A stretch of 64,000 bases of DNA from Candidatus Collierbacteria bacterium. Its GTDB lineage: Bacteria; Patescibacteriota; Microgenomatia; UBA1400; JACPES01. The notes below the pieces were generated by a model that saw only the letters and a program-made list of their open reading frames with translations, was not told the DNA's origin and did no database searches. The position numbers were made by a program, and so were the translations under genes. Location: assembly GCA_016183365.1 (NCBI GenBank), contig JACPES010000002.1:93831-157830 (forward strand). Reading direction: 5' to 3'. Shown one piece after another: positions 60,607 to 64,000 of the stretch. The stretch's first letter is position 1, and every line of letters begins with the position of its first letter.

Positions 60607-61284
60607 ATGTATGATGGGAATATGAATACTTTCAGGAGAAATGGCCAAGTGGCTATGGTGGTAATTTTGGTGGTGTTGGTGGGGTTGACTATCGGAGTAG
60701 CGATTTTAGGTCGTGGAGTTACCAATGTGGGGTTAAGCAACCAGGAAGAAGAAAGAGCCAGATCGTTTTCCGCCGCCGAAGCCGGAGTGGAAGATGCTCT
60801 CCGCCAGGATTTATTGTCAATTGTGGCAGGATCAGGAGGAGGGCAATTTAATGTTGGCGAATCGGCGGTGTCTTATACTGTGGCTAAATTAACCCATGTG
60901 ACTTCTGAAATTAATCCGGGGGAAGTGGTGACGGTCGACTGGAGCAAAAGCGGCGCCTCGTCATTTAGCGTAGCTTGGACCGGAAGTACTTGTTCTTCTA
61001 ATTTGGTGGCTATTACTATTACTTCTGCCGGAGCGGTAGTCCACTCGGTTCCGTCCTCTCCCGCCACTTTTCCTAAAAGTCCAGGCGGGCTAGTCAGGAT
61101 GAGATTTGCCGGTTGCCGGACAAATGTAACAATTGATGGAATCGGAGGAGACTTGTCTTTTTTTCAAGTTGATTCCGTGGGCACATTTGGGGAAGCGCAC
61201 TCAAAAGTTGAAGTGGTCAGGTCGGCCCCGGCGGCTTCAGGATTGCTTGATTTTGCCGTCTTTTCCGGTGCGGATATTGATTAA
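60607..61284 (+). CDS. PilX-like / minor pilin-associated membrane-anchored protein
   Basis: N-terminal NGQVAMVVILVVLVGLTIGVAIL helix. Confidence 0.4.
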   Translation: MYDGNMNTFRRNGQVAMVVILVVLVGLTIGVAILGRGVTNVGLSNQEEERARSFSAAEAGVEDALRQDLLSIVAGSGGGQFNVGESAVSYTVAKLTHVTSEINPGEVVTVDWSKSGASSFSVAWTGSTCSSNLVAITITSAGAVVHSVPSSPATFPKSPGGLVRMRFAGCRTNVTIDGIGGDLSFFQVDSVGTFGEAHSKVEVVRSAPAASGLLDFAVFSGADID

Positions 61285-61288
61285 TAAT

Positions 61289-62311
61289 ATGGCTGAAGAA
61301 ATTATTGGATTAGATATCGGCACCAGCAGTTTAAAAGCGGTGGCGGTTAAAGCAACCTCCAAAAGTTTCGCGGTGAGGAATATATCTATCGCCACCAACC
61401 CCATTGGGCGGGTTTTGTCCGATTCTCCCGCCGAGCAGGATAAATTAGTGGCTCAAATTAAAACGTTGATTAAAAATCTCCAGCCGGTAAGCAATAAGAT
61501 TAGGGTGGGGCTAGCCGAAAATCAGGTTTTTACCCGGGTAATCTCCGTCCCGGTTCTGTCAGAAGCTGAATTATCCACCGCTATCAGATGGGAAGCAGAG
61601 CAACATATCCCGGTGCCGATTTCAGAAGTTCAACTGGACTATACTGTTTTGTCCCGTCCCGCCAAAGGGGTTAAAGAGGGTTCGATGGAGGTGTTGTTGG
61701 TGGCGGCTAAACAGGAAACTGTTAACAGATTGGCCGATATGATGTCTTTGGCAGGTATGGAAGTCGTCGGTATAGAACCCGGACTTTTGGCAAGTTCTCG
61801 ATATTTTTCTGGTAGCGACGGCTCTCCTTTATTATTGGCTAATATCGGCGCGACCACCAGCGATTTTGCGATTATTTCTGAAAATCGATTGAATTTAACC
61901 TATTCAGTTCCGATGGCCGGGGTAGCGCTGACCAGAGCGATTGAATCAAATTTGGGTTTAGAGGTATTGCAGGCGGAAGAATATAAGCGGGCTTATGGGA
62001 TTGACCCCAGGTTAATGGAGGGGAAGGTCAGGAATGCCTTGATGCCGGTATTTTCGGCCATAATGTCTGAAGCCAAGAAAGCCATAAATGCTTTTGAATC
62101 AACCAAAAGAAGTAAGAAAGTCCAGCGGGTAGTTTTATCGGGCGGATCGGCATTAATGCCTGGAATTTCAACCGAAACCGCCAACCAGTTAGGGGTGTCT
62201 GAAGTGATTTTAATAAATCCCTTTCAGGGTTTGGAGTTAAGCATTGGTTTAAAGATTCCGGCTGAAGCTGCAGTTTATTCAGTCGCCATCGGACTGGCAA
62301 TGGGGGTTTAA
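61289..62311 (+). CDS. pilM: type IV pilus assembly protein PilM (actin-like ATPase fold)
   Basis: IIGLDIGTSSLKAVAV is an ASKHA phosphate-1 motif, in the pilMNO order. Confidence 0.8.
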   Translation: MAEEIIGLDIGTSSLKAVAVKATSKSFAVRNISIATNPIGRVLSDSPAEQDKLVAQIKTLIKNLQPVSNKIRVGLAENQVFTRVISVPVLSEAELSTAIRWEAEQHIPVPISEVQLDYTVLSRPAKGVKEGSMEVLLVAAKQETVNRLADMMSLAGMEVVGIEPGLLASSRYFSGSDGSPLLLANIGATTSDFAIISENRLNLTYSVPMAGVALTRAIESNLGLEVLQAEEYKRAYGIDPRLMEGKVRNALMPVFSAIMSEAKKAINAFESTKRSKKVQRVVLSGGSALMPGISTETANQLGVSEVILINPFQGLELSIGLKIPAEAAVYSVAIGLAMGV

Positions 62312-62848
62312 ATGCCCATGAAAAATATTATCAATTTACTACCCGAAAGCGCCGTAGAGGGCAGTCGGCGGTTATCGATCTTCAAAACTCTGCAGACTAT
62401 TTTAATAGCAGTAGCGATGGTTTGTTTAGTTTTGACTATCGGTATATGGTCTTTAAGTTTAATAACCGGAAGAGAGATAGCTGTCGCAAACCTTAAATCC
62501 AAAGATTTGGAAGAGCAAATCGCGGCTTATTCCAAAAAGGAACAGCAATTTTACCTGTTAACCCATCAACTCGATAAGGCCAATGAATTATTAAATTCCA
62601 GAACCCAAATAGAAAAAAAATTGAATACGGTTATGACGGCGTTTCCGCCCGATGCCAATTTGTTGTCTGCTAAAATTGATGCTTCCGGACAAAATATTTC
62701 TGTTAAGTTTTTGGCTGACAATTTTGAGAAAATGGTTAAGATCGTAACCGCGGCTAAAACCAAGCCATTCTCGCTGGTTAAAGTCAATGATTTTTTCCGG
62801 AACGCTACAGGACAATATCTAATTGATTTAACTGTTGAGTTATTATGA
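62312..62848 (+). CDS. pilN: PilN-like pilus assembly protein
   Basis: Single N-terminal TM plus a coiled coil; positioned after pilM. Confidence 0.55.
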   Translation: MPMKNIINLLPESAVEGSRRLSIFKTLQTILIAVAMVCLVLTIGIWSLSLITGREIAVANLKSKDLEEQIAAYSKKEQQFYLLTHQLDKANELLNSRTQIEKKLNTVMTAFPPDANLLSAKIDASGQNISVKFLADNFEKMVKIVTAAKTKPFSLVKVNDFFRNATGQYLIDLTVELL

Positions 62849-63558
62849 CGCCAAAATTTAGCCATTCTTTAAGCTATCACGAATCCGCCAAGCTTCAGAC
62901 CGCTTATTTACCGGCTCTGATCGGAGCCATGATATTTTTGGTAATTTTTGCGGGATTTGTCCCGGGATTTAACTCATGGAAACAGAATTCTGTAATTTTA
63001 AAACAAAGACAAGAAATAAATTCCGTTCTGTCAAGTAAAGCTTCAATGTTAACCAGTCTTGACTCAACCGAGCTCCAGTCTAAGCTGGATTTAGCGACCA
63101 AAGCCTTGCCGATAAAATCTCCCTATAGGCAAACTTTGGCCGCGATGTCGGTTTTGGCGGACCGCCATAAAATCATAGTTGACGGGTTAGAGTTTATTAA
63201 GCAAGGAGAAGGTTTGGGAATTAAAATTATTGCGGCCGGAACCTACCCTGATATTTATTCATTCTTACAAGCTGTTGAGAATACCCTGCCTCTGGCTTCT
63301 GTCAATGTTGTCAATCTAAACGTCAGATCGGCTGCCTCCGATTTCGCGGAAAAGACATATTCGGCAGAGCTTAATTTCAGTTTTTATTTCCAATCGTCCC
63401 CCAAAACGTTTGGGAAATTGACAGAAAAACTTCCGGTAATTTCAGTTGTAGGCGAAAAGAATTTACGTGAACTGCAAGGATTTGAATTTTTTGACCTGAA
63501 ATCCGCCGCCTTATCTGTAGACGGGAGTAATAGAGCTACTAAATTGTTTCCGGATTAA
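62845..63558 (+). CDS. pilO: PilO-like pilus assembly protein
   Basis: Single TM, a coiled coil and a C-terminal alpha/beta domain; position supports the call. Confidence 0.5.
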   Translation: MTPKFSHSLSYHESAKLQTAYLPALIGAMIFLVIFAGFVPGFNSWKQNSVILKQRQEINSVLSSKASMLTSLDSTELQSKLDLATKALPIKSPYRQTLAAMSVLADRHKIIVDGLEFIKQGEGLGIKIIAAGTYPDIYSFLQAVENTLPLASVNVVNLNVRSAASDFAEKTYSAELNFSFYFQSSPKTFGKLTEKLPVISVVGEKNLRELQGFEFFDLKSAALSVDGSNRATKLFPD

Positions 63559-63594
63559 GCGTTTCCACCCCGCCTTCGCAAGAAAGCCACGCGT

Positions 63595-63831
63595 TTAGGC
63601 GAGGGGCTCCACATTAAGATTACACCGTTTTTGAGCTTTAGAAGCCAGGATCTTGACCAATGACCTGATGGAGTTGATTGTTTTTCCGCCTTTACCGATC
63701 ACTTTGCCCATATCGTCGGGATTTAATTTGGCGGTAATTGTTACCCATTCCTCATTTTGCAGAGATTCAATTTTCAGGTCGTCAGGGTGGTCAACAATTT
63801 TATCGAGGATATATTTAATCAGTTCTTCCAT
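63595..63831 (-). CDS. khpA: KH-domain RNA-binding protein KhpA
   Basis: VIGKGGKTINSIRSLV is the GXXG KH motif. It lies downstream of rpsP. Confidence 0.8.
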   Translation of the reverse strand: MEELIKYILDKIVDHPDDLKIESLQNEEWVTITAKLNPDDMGKVIGKGGKTINSIRSLVKILASKAQKRCNLNVEPLA

Positions 63832-63834
63832 TTT

Positions 63835-64000
63835 TTATGATTTTTTATAGAGATTCCTGACTGTGTTGGTCGGTTGAGCTCCCTGGTTTATCCAATAGTC
63901 ATACCTTTGTTTATCCAAGCAGATGAGAGGAGGGAACATTTGCGGTTGAAAATTACCGATATTTTCCACGCATTTTCCATCGCGTTTGGATCTTGCTTCT
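63835..64000 (-). CDS. rpsP: 30S ribosomal protein S16 (3' part; the 5' end lies beyond the window)
   Basis: The minus-strand translation ...CLDKQRYDYWINQGAQPTNTVRNLYKKS* matches the S16 C-terminus. Confidence 0.7.
   Translation of the reverse strand, partial: EARSKRDGKCVENIGNFQPQMFPPLICLDKQRYDYWINQGAQPTNTVRNLYKKS

Overview
This 64-kb window looks like a streamlined, moderately AT-rich (about 43-46% GC) bacterial chromosome segment read in the standard genetic code; long uninterrupted ORFs for gyrA, dnaB and proS rule out UGA recoding. The gene content and style (many type IV pilin genes, short intergenic gaps, an intein in DnaB, shortened housekeeping proteins) resemble a Candidate Phyla Radiation / Patescibacteria-like genome. 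The bulk is housekeeping: proS, rpsU-ybeY, dnaX-ybaB-recR, rpoD, cysS, rpsF-ssb-rpsR, ctpA, htrA, prfA, rpmE, hisS, dnaB with an in-frame LAGLIDADG intein, tRNA-Leu(CAA), efp, lgt-like, lspA, an RluA-family gene, tgt, yebC, xerC-like, gyrA-ppa-gyrB, holB, khpA and a partial rpsP. Accessory content is: (1) a hicAB toxin-antitoxin cassette inserted between convergent htrA and prfA, leaving a diverged duplicate of the target; (2) a roughly 3-kb zone of gene decay at about 20.2-23.1 kb, with a truncated serine hydrolase, a frameshifted unknown gene, a multiply frameshifted dapF-like gene, and a yerC/trpR-like gene carrying an in-frame TAA plus a homopolymer frameshift; (3) a PaaX-family regulator next to xerC, bracketed by a nested palindromic element that has a third copy beside the decay zone; (4) a large type IV pilus locus (pilB, pilT, pilC, a major pilin, pilD, five more pilins, pilM, pilN, pilO) in which four polytopic GT-C-type membrane glycosyltransferases lie between the major pilin and pilD, suggesting a pilin glycosylation system; (5) several families of conserved, palindrome-rich intergenic elements placed immediately upstream of start codons; (6) an unusual recurrence of 7-bp x4 tandem repeats inside essential coding sequences. 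All coordinates and calls come from reading the sequence and the ORF translations; no database search was run.
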